Assembly: GCA_050916045.1 (NCBI GenBank)
Contig: CP051526.1
Coordinates: 3,008,001-3,072,000, forward strand
Direction: 5' to 3'
Origin: Tepidisphaera sp.
GTDB lineage: Bacteria > Planctomycetota > Phycisphaerae > Phycisphaerales > UBA1924
Length of the DNA stretch: 64,000 bases
In this document: one piece after another, positions 29,152 to 38,095 of the stretch
How the letters are laid out: each line of letters opens with the position of its first letter
Position numbering within the stretch: the first letter of the stretch is position 1
The notes under the pieces: model-generated
What the model was told of the DNA's origin: nothing
Database searches by the model: none
Seen by the model: only the letters and a program-made list of their open reading frames with translations
Program-made: the position numbers and the translations under genes

Positions 29152-30069
29152 ATGCCTGTAGTCGTGCCGCCCTACCAGCAATTCATGCTTCCCGTGCTGC
29201 GATCGCTCGCCGATGGCATCGAGAGACGACTCAGCCAAGTCGCCGAGCGAACCGCAGGAGCGATGGGTCTTTCAGAGGAACAGAAAGGGCTCACCATCCC
29301 GAGCGGGCAGGAGATGTGGTACAACCGGCTGAGCTGGGCCGCAATCTACCTGAACCGTGCGGGCCTCGTTGTGCGTCCCCGCAAGGGCGTCTACAAGCTT
29401 ACGTCGCTCGGGGTGCAGGTCCTTGGTCAGAATCCGCCCGAGATCAACAACACGTTCTTGATGCAGTTCGAGGGATTTCGCGAATTCTTGGAGAGGGGTG
29501 CCTCTGACCCGGCGGCTTCGAGTCCGACCAGTGTTTCTGAATCCGCTGTGGTCCAGTCGCCAGACGAGCAGCTGGACTCCGCTTTCAAGAAGCTTCAGTC
29601 CGCTCTTGCCGCGGAACTGCTCGATCGCGTCAGATCCGGATCGCCGAAGTTCTTCGAACAGGTCGTGGTGGACCTGCTTATGGCGATGGGTTATGGCGGC
29701 GAACGGGAGGGCGCGGGGACGGTGACGGGCCGCACCGGCGACGGCGGCATCGACGGCACGATCAATCAGGACAGACTCGGTCTCGACATTGTCTACGTTC
29801 AGGCCAAGCGATGGGCCGACTCGGTTGGCGAAGACCCCGTCCGTAGCTTTGCCGGCGCTCTCGGGGTTCATCGCGCGTCTAAGGGCGTTTTCGTCACCAC
29901 ATCAAAGTTCACGATCGCTGCCCGTGACTTTGCCAAGATGAGCGACAAGCGCATCATCCTAATCGACGGACAGCGACTGGCCGAACTCATGATCGAGCAT
30001 GGGATCGGCGTCTCTCCGGTGCGCAAGCTCGTCATCAGCGAGATTGATAGCGATTACTTCGAAGAATAG
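29152..30069 (+). CDS. mrr: Mrr family type IV restriction endonuclease
   Basis: Mrr_N (MLPVLRSLADG, NRLSWA), FFEQVVVDLLMAMGYGG, GDGGIDG, YVQAKRW, KGVFVTTS, LIDGQRLAELMIEHGIGV, IDSDYFEE; SD GAGGAG. Confidence 0.95.
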   Translation: MPVVVPPYQQFMLPVLRSLADGIERRLSQVAERTAGAMGLSEEQKGLTIPSGQEMWYNRLSWAAIYLNRAGLVVRPRKGVYKLTSLGVQVLGQNPPEINNTFLMQFEGFREFLERGASDPAASSPTSVSESAVVQSPDEQLDSAFKKLQSALAAELLDRVRSGSPKFFEQVVVDLLMAMGYGGEREGAGTVTGRTGDGGIDGTINQDRLGLDIVYVQAKRWADSVGEDPVRSFAGALGVHRASKGVFVTTSKFTIAARDFAKMSDKRIILIDGQRLAELMIEHGIGVSPVRKLVISEIDSDYFEE

Positions 30070-30279
30070 TGGCTGATCCGCCGATCAACACCACTCGTGC
30101 CGCTATCTCGGTGGCCTGCGAGCTACGAGTCGAACCGAGCGTGCGCGGGGATCTCGCGTGCCGCCGAACCCTCCACTTCGGAAAGTGATGGATGGGCAGC
30201 GGGGCGTTGTGCCTTCGGAAGCACAACCCTTGCTGGCGCTGCGGGCTCGTGTGTGTGGAGGGAGCGGGGGGTGTGGGGG

Positions 30280-30870
30280 TCAGCTTCCGGGGAAGATCTC
30301 ATCGCCGCGGGTGCGTTCGCCTCGGGCGGTTTGGACCCGGGGGAGTTCGCTGCCGTCGGTGCCGACGCTGGCTCGGTCGTCGTCGGTCTTGCCCTTGCCG
30401 GTCAGGAGGTGGTCGATGGCTTCGCGGACTGCGCCGCAGCCGCCGTCCTTGTGCGTGATGAACGCCGAGAGCCGCTTGATCCCCTGGTCGGCGTCGTTGA
30501 CTGTGATCGCGTAGCCGACCCGCTTCATGACCGAAGCGTCAGGCCAGTCATCGCCCATGTACGCGACCTGCGCGAGCGTGAGGCCGGTGCGGTCGAGAAT
30601 CTCGCTCAGGCACTGCTGCTTGTCCTTGACGCCCTGGTAGACCATCGTGACGCCGAGCTCATCCATGCGGCGCTGGGTGGTCATGCTCTGGCGGCCGGAA
30701 ATGATCGCGAGCTGGTAGCCAAGCTTCATCCAGATCTTGATGCCCAGGCCGTCGCGGACGTGGAACCGCTTCATCTCGTACCCGTCCTGGCCGACCCAGA
30801 TCGAGCCGTCGGTGAGCACGCCATCGACATCGAGAATCAGAAGCTGGATCGCACGAGGATTGGACGCCAT
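30280..30870 (-). CDS. kdsC: 3-deoxy-D-manno-octulosonate 8-phosphate phosphatase (HAD family)
   Basis: LDVDGVLTDG, FHVRDGLGI, ISGR, YMGDDWPD, GGCGAVRE. Confidence 0.93.
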   Translation of the reverse strand: MASNPRAIQLLILDVDGVLTDGSIWVGQDGYEMKRFHVRDGLGIKIWMKLGYQLAIISGRQSMTTQRRMDELGVTMVYQGVKDKQQCLSEILDRTGLTLAQVAYMGDDWPDASVMKRVGYAITVNDADQGIKRLSAFITHKDGGCGAVREAIDHLLTGKGKTDDDRASVGTDGSELPRVQTARGERTRGDEIFPGS

Positions 30871-30968
30871 TTTGAGACCCCTTCGAGAAGTCGCCCCGGG
30901 AAGATAGGAACACCTACGCGGCCCCAAGGCCGCGGGATGCAGCACACGCCAGAGAATCGTACCGCCGA

Positions 30969-32303
30969 TCAGCAGCCGGACTCGAAAGCCTGCACAAAGT
31001 CCGCGTAGTCGAAGAGGTCGACGAACCCGTCGGCGTTGACGTCGGCCGAACGGCTCACCGGGCACTCGCCGGCTTCGTAGCACGCGACGAACGCCGCGTA
31101 GTCGAAGAAGTCGATGAAGCAGTCCTCGACGAAGTCGGCCGGGCAAGGACCCCAGCGGAACGCGTGCCAGCGGCGCTCGGCGTCCCGATAGGAGCCCACA
31201 GCGGCCCGGCCGTCCGCCGAGGTCACGGAGGCTATCGCCGAAAGCCCGGTCGTCGGCCCGATCCCCCGCGTGCTCGACGCGGACGACCAGCGGTAGGCGC
31301 GATCCTTGTTGTCAGGAAAGCTGAAGTAACGGCCGACAATGGTGCTGCCGTCGTCCGAGACGCCGTAGTCGTAGACGAAGTTCCCGCCGACACCCAAGCC
31401 GATCATCCCGTCCTGCTCGCTCCAACGGAATGTCTCGTAACGGGCGGAGTCGTTCAGTCCGACGGCGACGATGGTGCTTCCATCGGCCGAGACCTCGTAA
31501 GCGATGGGCCCGCTGCTGATGAGGGAGCCGATGCTTTGCATGCCCGTCTGCGCGGTCCAACGGAACGGCCAAACTCTGCCGCTGGCATCGGTCGACCATC
31601 CGACGATGACGCTCCCGTCCGCGGAAACCGCGTGGGCTTCGCTCTCCGCTCCGCCGAGGGTGCCGAGATTCTGCAGTCCGTCGGCGGGCGTCCATCGGAA
31701 CGCGCGGAACCGATCGGATGCGTTGAGGGCTCTTCCGACGACGACGTTGCCGTCCTCCGAGACATCTTCCGCGACCGCACGTCCACCGCCGAAGGTGCCA
31801 AGATCGACGATTCCGGTGGCTTGCGTCCAGCGGAACGCTCGGTACTGATTGGACAGGTTCTCGGAGTATCCGACGATCACGGAGCCGTCGGCGGAGATCG
31901 CGGAGGCTCGCGTCGGCGAAGCTCCGAAACTACCGATATCCTGAAAGCCGCTCGAATCCGTCCACCGGAAGACCCTGTCCACCGTCGGGCGGATCTTCGC
32001 GTACCCGACGAGCACGGAGTTATCGCGAGAGATGAACTGCGCCCCGCAGCGGTAACCGGGGATGCAGCCGAGATCCTCGAGCCCGCGTGACGCGGACCAG
32101 CGAAACATCGTTTCCTCGGCCCCTTTGTCGATCGCTCCAGCGGCGAGGGTTCCATCGGCGGAGACCGCGAATCCGTAGGTGGCGGCGCCCGCCGGACCAT
32201 CGATTGATTCAATCCGGCCGCAGAGCTGAGCACGCGCGAGAGCGGGGCACATCGCAGCGACCGTGAGAACTGCCGCGATGCCGGGGACCGTCGTGGGATG
32301 CAT
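30969..32303 (-). CDS. Secreted HAF-repeat protein with C-terminal GC-type dockerin-like anchor
   Basis: Repeats SADGSVIVG...RAFRWT...LGTLGG; C-terminus CPADF..DCFIDFFDY...ADVNADGFVDLFDYADFVQAFESGC. Confidence 0.88.
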   Translation of the reverse strand: MHPTTVPGIAAVLTVAAMCPALARAQLCGRIESIDGPAGAATYGFAVSADGTLAAGAIDKGAEETMFRWSASRGLEDLGCIPGYRCGAQFISRDNSVLVGYAKIRPTVDRVFRWTDSSGFQDIGSFGASPTRASAISADGSVIVGYSENLSNQYRAFRWTQATGIVDLGTFGGGRAVAEDVSEDGNVVVGRALNASDRFRAFRWTPADGLQNLGTLGGAESEAHAVSADGSVIVGWSTDASGRVWPFRWTAQTGMQSIGSLISSGPIAYEVSADGSTIVAVGLNDSARYETFRWSEQDGMIGLGVGGNFVYDYGVSDDGSTIVGRYFSFPDNKDRAYRWSSASSTRGIGPTTGLSAIASVTSADGRAAVGSYRDAERRWHAFRWGPCPADFVEDCFIDFFDYAAFVACYEAGECPVSRSADVNADGFVDLFDYADFVQAFESGC

Positions 32304-32336
32304 GTCGATCCTCTCTTTGGCGCGTCTTGACGCCGA

Positions 32337-33740
32337 TCAGCAGCCGGTCTCGAAAGCCTGCACAAAGTCCGCGTAGTCGAAGAAGTCGACGAAGGCGTCG
32401 CCGTTGAAGTCCGCCGTCCGGCCCGCGGGGCACGTCCCGACCTCAAAGCACGTCACGTAATCCGCGTAGTCGAAGAAATCCAGGAACGCATCGCCGTTGA
32501 AGTCCGCCGGGCAGTCGGGCTCGGAGCAGCCGCGGTAGGCCGCGATGCCGTACGCCGCGACACCCTGAGAACCCGCGACCTGGAAGTTGCCGCCGACGTA
32601 CAGCGTGTCGCCGGAAGCGTAAAGCCCGAAGACGCTTGGGAAATTGGGCGTCAGCGGCACCGACACGCCGCCATCCACTGCCGTCCAGACGTTGCCCTCC
32701 AGCCGGTAGAAGTATTGCTGCTGGGCATCGGCGGTCATGCCCATGTAGAGCTTCGCGCCGCCGCCGTCGTCAAAGACCGCGAGGCTCGTCCCGCGGCCGC
32801 CGAGATTCTGCCCGACGCGCGACCACGTCGTGCCGTTGAACGAAGCGACCGTCGACGCGATCCCGCCGGGACGGATGTCGTACCCGCCGGCGTAGAGGCG
32901 GGCGCCGCTCCCGTTGTCAAAGACGCGGAGCGAAGAGACGTCCGACACCGCTCCGCCGTTGCCCAGGACGCCCGGGCGCTGCCAGACGGTGCCGTTCCAG
33001 CGGGCGATGTTCGGCGCGGAGACACCGTTGACGCTTGCGAATCGCCCGCCGATGTAAAGCTGGCCGTTGTAGATCGCGCTGCAGAATACCGTGGGCGAGA
33101 AGGTGCCGTCGATGCCGGTGTTGCTCGGGCCGCCGATGTTCGACCACGTCTCGCCGTCGAAGTACGCGATCCCGTTCGCGGCCGAATCGCCGATACGGCC
33201 GCCGCCGCCGACCAGAAGCACGCGCCGGCCGGGAGTGATCTCCCAGTTGAGGAGCGACCAGACGCTCCGGGCGGTGTCATTGGCGCTGTTTGCGATCGAA
33301 CGCCACGCCGTGCCGTTCCACGCGGCGATGCCGGTGGTGTTGGCGACGAGCTGGTTGTTCGCGTTGCGCACGCCGAAGTAGCCGCCGCCCATCACAAGGT
33401 GCTCGACGCCGTCGATCGTGTACGTGGCGAGGGCCGCCGCGTAGCCGTTGGTGTTCCCGGTGTCCACGCCGCGGCCGAGCCTGGACCACTGGCCGCTCGC
33501 GCGGTCGAACGCCGCGACGCACTTGGTCGCGAGCGGGCCGGCGGCGCTGAACGCTCCACCGATGATGAGCTTGCCCTGATACTCGGTCATGGGCTGCACG
33601 TACGCGCTGAAGGAATCGAAGATGCCGGACTCGCCGGGCTCACCCGAGGCGAACCCGGGCTCGCAGGGCTGGGCGAAGGCGGAGGAAGCGAGCAGACAGC
33701 CGAACGCGATTCCGGACCGGACGTGTGAATCGACGAGCAT
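32337..33740 (-). CDS. Secreted beta-propeller protein with GC-type dockerin-like anchor
   Basis: Signal peptide; repeats LYIGG.F..(IARWNGT.W); FDDGGGAKLY; dockerin-like tail ending FETGC. Confidence 0.85.
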   Translation of the reverse strand: MLVDSHVRSGIAFGCLLASSAFAQPCEPGFASGEPGESGIFDSFSAYVQPMTEYQGKLIIGGAFSAAGPLATKCVAAFDRASGQWSRLGRGVDTGNTNGYAAALATYTIDGVEHLVMGGGYFGVRNANNQLVANTTGIAAWNGTAWRSIANSANDTARSVWSLLNWEITPGRRVLLVGGGGRIGDSAANGIAYFDGETWSNIGGPSNTGIDGTFSPTVFCSAIYNGQLYIGGRFASVNGVSAPNIARWNGTVWQRPGVLGNGGAVSDVSSLRVFDNGSGARLYAGGYDIRPGGIASTVASFNGTTWSRVGQNLGGRGTSLAVFDDGGGAKLYMGMTADAQQQYFYRLEGNVWTAVDGGVSVPLTPNFPSVFGLYASGDTLYVGGNFQVAGSQGVAAYGIAAYRGCSEPDCPADFNGDAFLDFFDYADYVTCFEVGTCPAGRTADFNGDAFVDFFDYADFVQAFETGC

Positions 33741-33788
33741 GAAAGAACCTCCGTGCGCGAAGCTCACAAACGCCCCGCTGTCGCCTCC

Positions 33789-33817
33789 AGACTAATCGAA
33801 GGCCGGCGGCGTGTCAA
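33789..33817 (-). promoter_or_regulatory. Sigma70-type promoter upstream of the 32337-33740 gene
   Basis: TTGACA (33817-33812), 17-nt spacer, TAGTCT (33794-33789). Confidence 0.65.
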
Positions 33818-33872
33818 GAAATCCCTCGGGAAACGCCACAGGCGGGGTATCCGGGGGCGTGTGCGCCCGTGG

Positions 33873-35969
33873 TCAGCAGCCGACTTCGAATTCCTCGGTG
33901 AACGCAAGGAAATCGAAGAGATCGGTGAATCCGTCCGCGTTGAAATCCGCCGTTGTACCCGGCTCGCACTGCTGCCCTTCAAAGCACGTCACGAATGCGG
34001 TAAAATCAAAGAAGTCGACGAAACCGTCACAGGTAACGTCCAACGGGCAGACGTCCAGGGTCGCGGGCTCGGTGACGATCGGACCGCAATCGCCCAGGAA
34101 AGCCACGACACAGTCGTACGAACCGCGATCGTCGCCGTCGACGCCGGTAAGCGTCAGCACCTCGCGATCGGCGGAGGGGATGACCGATGGATCGAGCGCC
34201 ACCCCGTCCTTCCGCCACTGAAACTCAAACGGCCCGGTGCCCGAAACTTGAACGCGGAACTCCGCAGTTCTTCGACCGCAGGAAAGCACGGGCACCGGAT
34301 GACTCAGGATGTCCGGGAGACCTTGCGTGTATCTCGCGATCGCGGGCGATGTCGTTCCGCCCACCGTCTGGAACGACCCGGCCGCGAGAACGTCGCCCCG
34401 CGGATCAATCGCTAGATCGAGAACGTAGTTGCTCATTCCCTCGCCCAGCGCGGACCACTCGCCGCCGCTCCAACGCGCGATTCGCATCGCGCTGCGACCC
34501 CCGGCTTGAAGGAAGCCTCCGCCCACGATGAGCTCGCCGGCGGGGGTCACGCACAAACATCGACCCTCTTCGCTGAGGCCCTGACCGAGCGGAACCCACG
34601 TTCCCTCCAGCGTCCTCATCGCGATGTTGTTCGCGAGGGTCCCGCCGATCTCCCAGAAGTTGCCCGTGGCGACCAGTTCACCCCCGGGCAGCTCGGCCAG
34701 CTCTTCCACCCCTCCCTGTATGCCGTAGGGGATCGGGTTCCACCGAGTGCCATCCCACCTTGAAAGCGTGAGATGGGCGCTGGCGTAGAGCGTGCCGTCA
34801 CGAAGCACCTTCAGACTCCGGGCGCCGGTCCACATGTTTCCCATCGGGAACCACTCGGAACCGTTCCATCGCGCGACCTGCTGAACGGGAACGCCCCCGG
34901 CGGTCGTGAAACCGCCGCTCGCGACGATGTCGCCGCTAGGAAGCTCAACGACTGCGCTGACCCCCCCGCTCATGCCGCTTCCCAGAGGCAACCACCGCCG
35001 CTCGGCGACGCTCCATCTCGCGATGCGAGCCAAAGGCGTGTCGCCCGACATCGTGAAGCTCCCACCCGCGAGGACGTCGCCATTGGACAACGGGGCGACA
35101 TCTTGCACATACCCGTTGAATCCGTCTCCCATCGGCAGCCACGCCTGCTCGGCACGACTCCACCTCGCGATGTTCGACGCTGGAACGCCGGCGACGGTCG
35201 GGATGGCCCCGCCCACCACGACGTCATCGTCGGCGGTGACGCAGATCGTGAAGATGCTCGCGCCCGGCTCGAAAGCAGGAACTTCGAACGCACGCGGCAC
35301 CCATCGCTCGCCGCGGAGCGTCTGCGTGACCACATCGGACAACACTTGGTTGCAACGCCCGCTTACGCGGCACCGAAACAGCTCATCGTTCACATCGGAA
35401 CTGGAGGGTTGGCCGGCGACGACAAGCGTCGGCGTGCTCCCGCCGGAGTAGGGATACGTCTGCGGGACATTCTCGAAACCGCCATTGGACGGTGCGCCCG
35501 TGAACCTCTGCCACTGGAAGGTGAGCGGACCGGCACCCGCGGCTTCCACCGCGTAGCGCATCTCATCGCCGACACACCCGATCGTGCTCGACGGCTGACG
35601 GAGAATCACGACTCGTTCATCGATCGCGATCGTCGCGGCTTGGGTCGTGACACTGCCGCAGTCGTTCGTCACAACACAGTCATAACTGCCCGCGTCCTCG
35701 ACCGTCGCATACCGAATGATCAGCGACGACGAGCTCGCGCCCGCGAGCGGCAAGCCGTCCTTGCGCCACAAGTACGAAGTCGCTCCGGCCGCGACGACGT
35801 TCACGCCGACCAGCGAAGCCTCGCAGCGTGTCATCGACGCCGGCTGCCTGACGATCACCGGCGGGTCACACTGGGCGTACGTCGGACCGGCGATGAGGAA
35901 CGCTGCCGCCATCTCCGCAAGGTAACGACGCGCAGTGAAATTGCCCACGGGTGCCGCCTTTCGAGCCAT
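33873..35969 (-). CDS. Secreted Ig-domain + beta-propeller protein with GC-type dockerin-like anchor
   Basis: Three Ig-like domains (YLWRKDG..DAGSYDCVVTN; FQWQR..FRCRVS; FQWRKDG..DRGSYDCVV), GG.F..AGG....IARW...W..LG.G repeats, tail ending FEVGC. Confidence 0.87.
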   Translation of the reverse strand: MARKAAPVGNFTARRYLAEMAAAFLIAGPTYAQCDPPVIVRQPASMTRCEASLVGVNVVAAGATSYLWRKDGLPLAGASSSSLIIRYATVEDAGSYDCVVTNDCGSVTTQAATIAIDERVVILRQPSSTIGCVGDEMRYAVEAAGAGPLTFQWQRFTGAPSNGGFENVPQTYPYSGGSTPTLVVAGQPSSSDVNDELFRCRVSGRCNQVLSDVVTQTLRGERWVPRAFEVPAFEPGASIFTICVTADDDVVVGGAIPTVAGVPASNIARWSRAEQAWLPMGDGFNGYVQDVAPLSNGDVLAGGSFTMSGDTPLARIARWSVAERRWLPLGSGMSGGVSAVVELPSGDIVASGGFTTAGGVPVQQVARWNGSEWFPMGNMWTGARSLKVLRDGTLYASAHLTLSRWDGTRWNPIPYGIQGGVEELAELPGGELVATGNFWEIGGTLANNIAMRTLEGTWVPLGQGLSEEGRCLCVTPAGELIVGGGFLQAGGRSAMRIARWSGGEWSALGEGMSNYVLDLAIDPRGDVLAAGSFQTVGGTTSPAIARYTQGLPDILSHPVPVLSCGRRTAEFRVQVSGTGPFEFQWRKDGVALDPSVIPSADREVLTLTGVDGDDRGSYDCVVAFLGDCGPIVTEPATLDVCPLDVTCDGFVDFFDFTAFVTCFEGQQCEPGTTADFNADGFTDLFDFLAFTEEFEVGC

Positions 35970-36111
35970 CTTGGCTTGGTCGGCAGTATACCTGTAAGTT
36001 CTGAAAGAGCGACCAGATTCACGCGGCCCCGCTCAGACATGCGGGCGGAGGAGCGCCAAACGGCCCCCATCCCGGCCCGCTCCCGCCCACCACCCACCCA
36101 CTTATGGCACG

Positions 36112-37152
36112 TCACTCCTGGACCAGCCGCATCGCGATCAGGTCCTGGACGTCGAGGATGCCGACGGGTTTGCCCTGAGCGTCGACCACGGGGATCTCGT
36201 CCTGACGGTGCTCGCGGACCATGTTCACCGCGTCGCGGACGAGCGAATCCTCGGCGAGCGTGCGGGGCGAGCGAGTCATGAGGTCCTTGGCCGGCCGATC
36301 GAGTTCGCCACGATCGCGGAGAATGATGCGGCGGAGGTCCCCGTCGGTCAGGATGCCGCTCAGCTTGCCGTCGCGGTCGACCAGGAGCAGTGCGCCCGGG
36401 CGACGGAGGACCGCGGCGGCTTGCCGCAGCGCCGCGTCGACCGAGAGGTGGTCGGGCACGATCGGGAGGTTCTTTCCCACCACAAATCTGAGCAGCTCAC
36501 GGACCGGGCGGAGCAGGCCGCCGAGAGAGCCGCCGGGGTGCCTGCGGGCAAAGTCCGCGCTCGTAAAGCCGCGCCGGCGGGCCGCCGTCATGGCGAGCGC
36601 ATCACCCAGCGCGAGCGTCGCCGTCGTCGAGGTCGTCGGAGCCCCGACGCCGAACTCGCCGCCGGCTTCCTCGACGTTGCCGAACCGCAGCGCGACGGTC
36701 GCGACGCGCTCAAGGCTTGACGGCTTGCCGTGCTCACTCGCGATGTCACTCCCGATATCGCCTTTGGTGATCGAGATGATGGGGATGCCGTCCTGCCGGA
36801 GGATGCCCGCGAGAGCAACGACCTCGTCGGTCTCGCCGGAGTTGGAGATGCAGATGACGGTGTCGGTCGGGCGGAAGCGGCCCAGGTCGCCGTGCACGGC
36901 TTCGGTCGGATGCACAGGGTGCGAGGGGATGCCCAGGCTTGAGAGCGTGGCGGAGATCTTGGCCCCCACGAGGCCGGATTTGCCCAGGCCGGAGACGAGC
37001 ACGGTGCCGCCGGAGTCAGCGCAGTGCACGATCAGGTCGACGGCTTTGAGGAATCCGCCGGGGAGCGTGCGACCGAGGGCGGACAGAGCGTCAGCCTGAG
37101 TGCGGAGCACGGCGCGGGCGAATTCGGCTTCGAGATGGGAATCGGCGGGCAT
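36112..37152 (-). CDS. kdsD: KpsF/GutQ family arabinose-5-phosphate isomerase (SIS + 2 CBS)
   Basis: SGLGKSGLVG, HPTEAVHGDLG, SNSGETDE, APTTST, GDALA, FARRHPGGSLG, GILTDGDLRR; start at ATG 37152. Confidence 0.93.
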   Translation of the reverse strand: MPADSHLEAEFARAVLRTQADALSALGRTLPGGFLKAVDLIVHCADSGGTVLVSGLGKSGLVGAKISATLSSLGIPSHPVHPTEAVHGDLGRFRPTDTVICISNSGETDEVVALAGILRQDGIPIISITKGDIGSDIASEHGKPSSLERVATVALRFGNVEEAGGEFGVGAPTTSTTATLALGDALAMTAARRRGFTSADFARRHPGGSLGGLLRPVRELLRFVVGKNLPIVPDHLSVDAALRQAAAVLRRPGALLLVDRDGKLSGILTDGDLRRIILRDRGELDRPAKDLMTRSPRTLAEDSLVRDAVNMVREHRQDEIPVVDAQGKPVGILDVQDLIAMRLVQE

Positions 37153-37216
37153 CGCGTGATGGTAGCCGAGGAGGCTTGATCCCTTGGATTCCGGCCGGCG
37201 CGAACGAAGCGGGCCT

Positions 37217-38000
37217 TCAGCAGCCGCGTTCAAACCCCTCGACGAACGCGTCGTAATCGAAGAAATCGTCGCCGTTGAAGTCCGCCGTCCGGCCCGGCGG
37301 GCACTCCCCGGTCTCAAAGCAGCGGACAAAATCGTCGTAGTCGAAGAAGTCGATGAATCCGTCGCCGTTGAAATCGGCCGGGCAGGGCACGGGCTCGCCG
37401 AAGACGACGCGGTCGAGGTCGACCCGCTCTTCACCAAGCTCCGACCCGTACTCAAGACCGATCAAGACGCGGGTGAGCGAGCCGAGCACCGTCTGGATCT
37501 GGGCTCGCGTCGCGACCGCGCCCGAGCCCGATGTGCCAACCCGCCACGGCCCTTCATCCAGCAGGATCGTCCGCCGCGTCCATACGCCCACCGGCGGAAG
37601 CTCGGTCGCGCACGAGATCCGAAGCCCGCCTCCGAAAAGCACCACAAGCCTTCCGTCCGGGTACTCGTTCAGATTCGTCCGGATCGAGTACGAAAGCCGC
37701 GTCCCCAGAAACGCGCCCCGGTTCCCGTACCACGCCGAGGGAGCCGCGAAAAACGACCAGTTCGAGTCCGGCATCGACCTCGCGGAGATGCCCGCCGAGG
37801 TCCCCGCCCGAAGCGACGAAGTCCGGGGCGAAGGTCCCGACGACCGTGAAAGCCCCGGTGGGGTTCGTCCGCGTCTCGACCGTCCAGCCCTCGGCGGAAA
37901 GATCGAAGTCGGCGGTGAGCGGATCGTCGGCGCGGGCGGAGGCCGCTCCCACGAACGTCCCGAGCAGAGCTCCAACGACGAACAAACGGATTCGTGGCAT
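37217..38000 (-). pseudogene. Frameshifted laminin-B(domain IV)-like secreted protein with dockerin-like anchor
   Basis: Signal-peptide ORF from ATG 38000 (..GGHLREVD) continues in another frame as PDSNWSFFAAP...; 784 bp = 3n+1; second dockerin repeat lacks GFV. Confidence 0.75.
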
Positions 38001-38095
38001 CGAAAGCTCCTCAGGGTTGTGGCGGCAGCCCACCACCACTTCATTCACCGCCAGCAAGCGTACGAAGGGCCGAAAGCCCGCGTGGGCCGGGGCGC

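Noticed and set aside
37153..37455. N-terminal extensions of kdsD (also kdsC, rbsK, mrr, scpA, tatA, pilT) in the ORF track
   Set aside because: They overlap neighbouring genes or intergenic DNA; homology motifs and promoter/SD signals point to downstream starts
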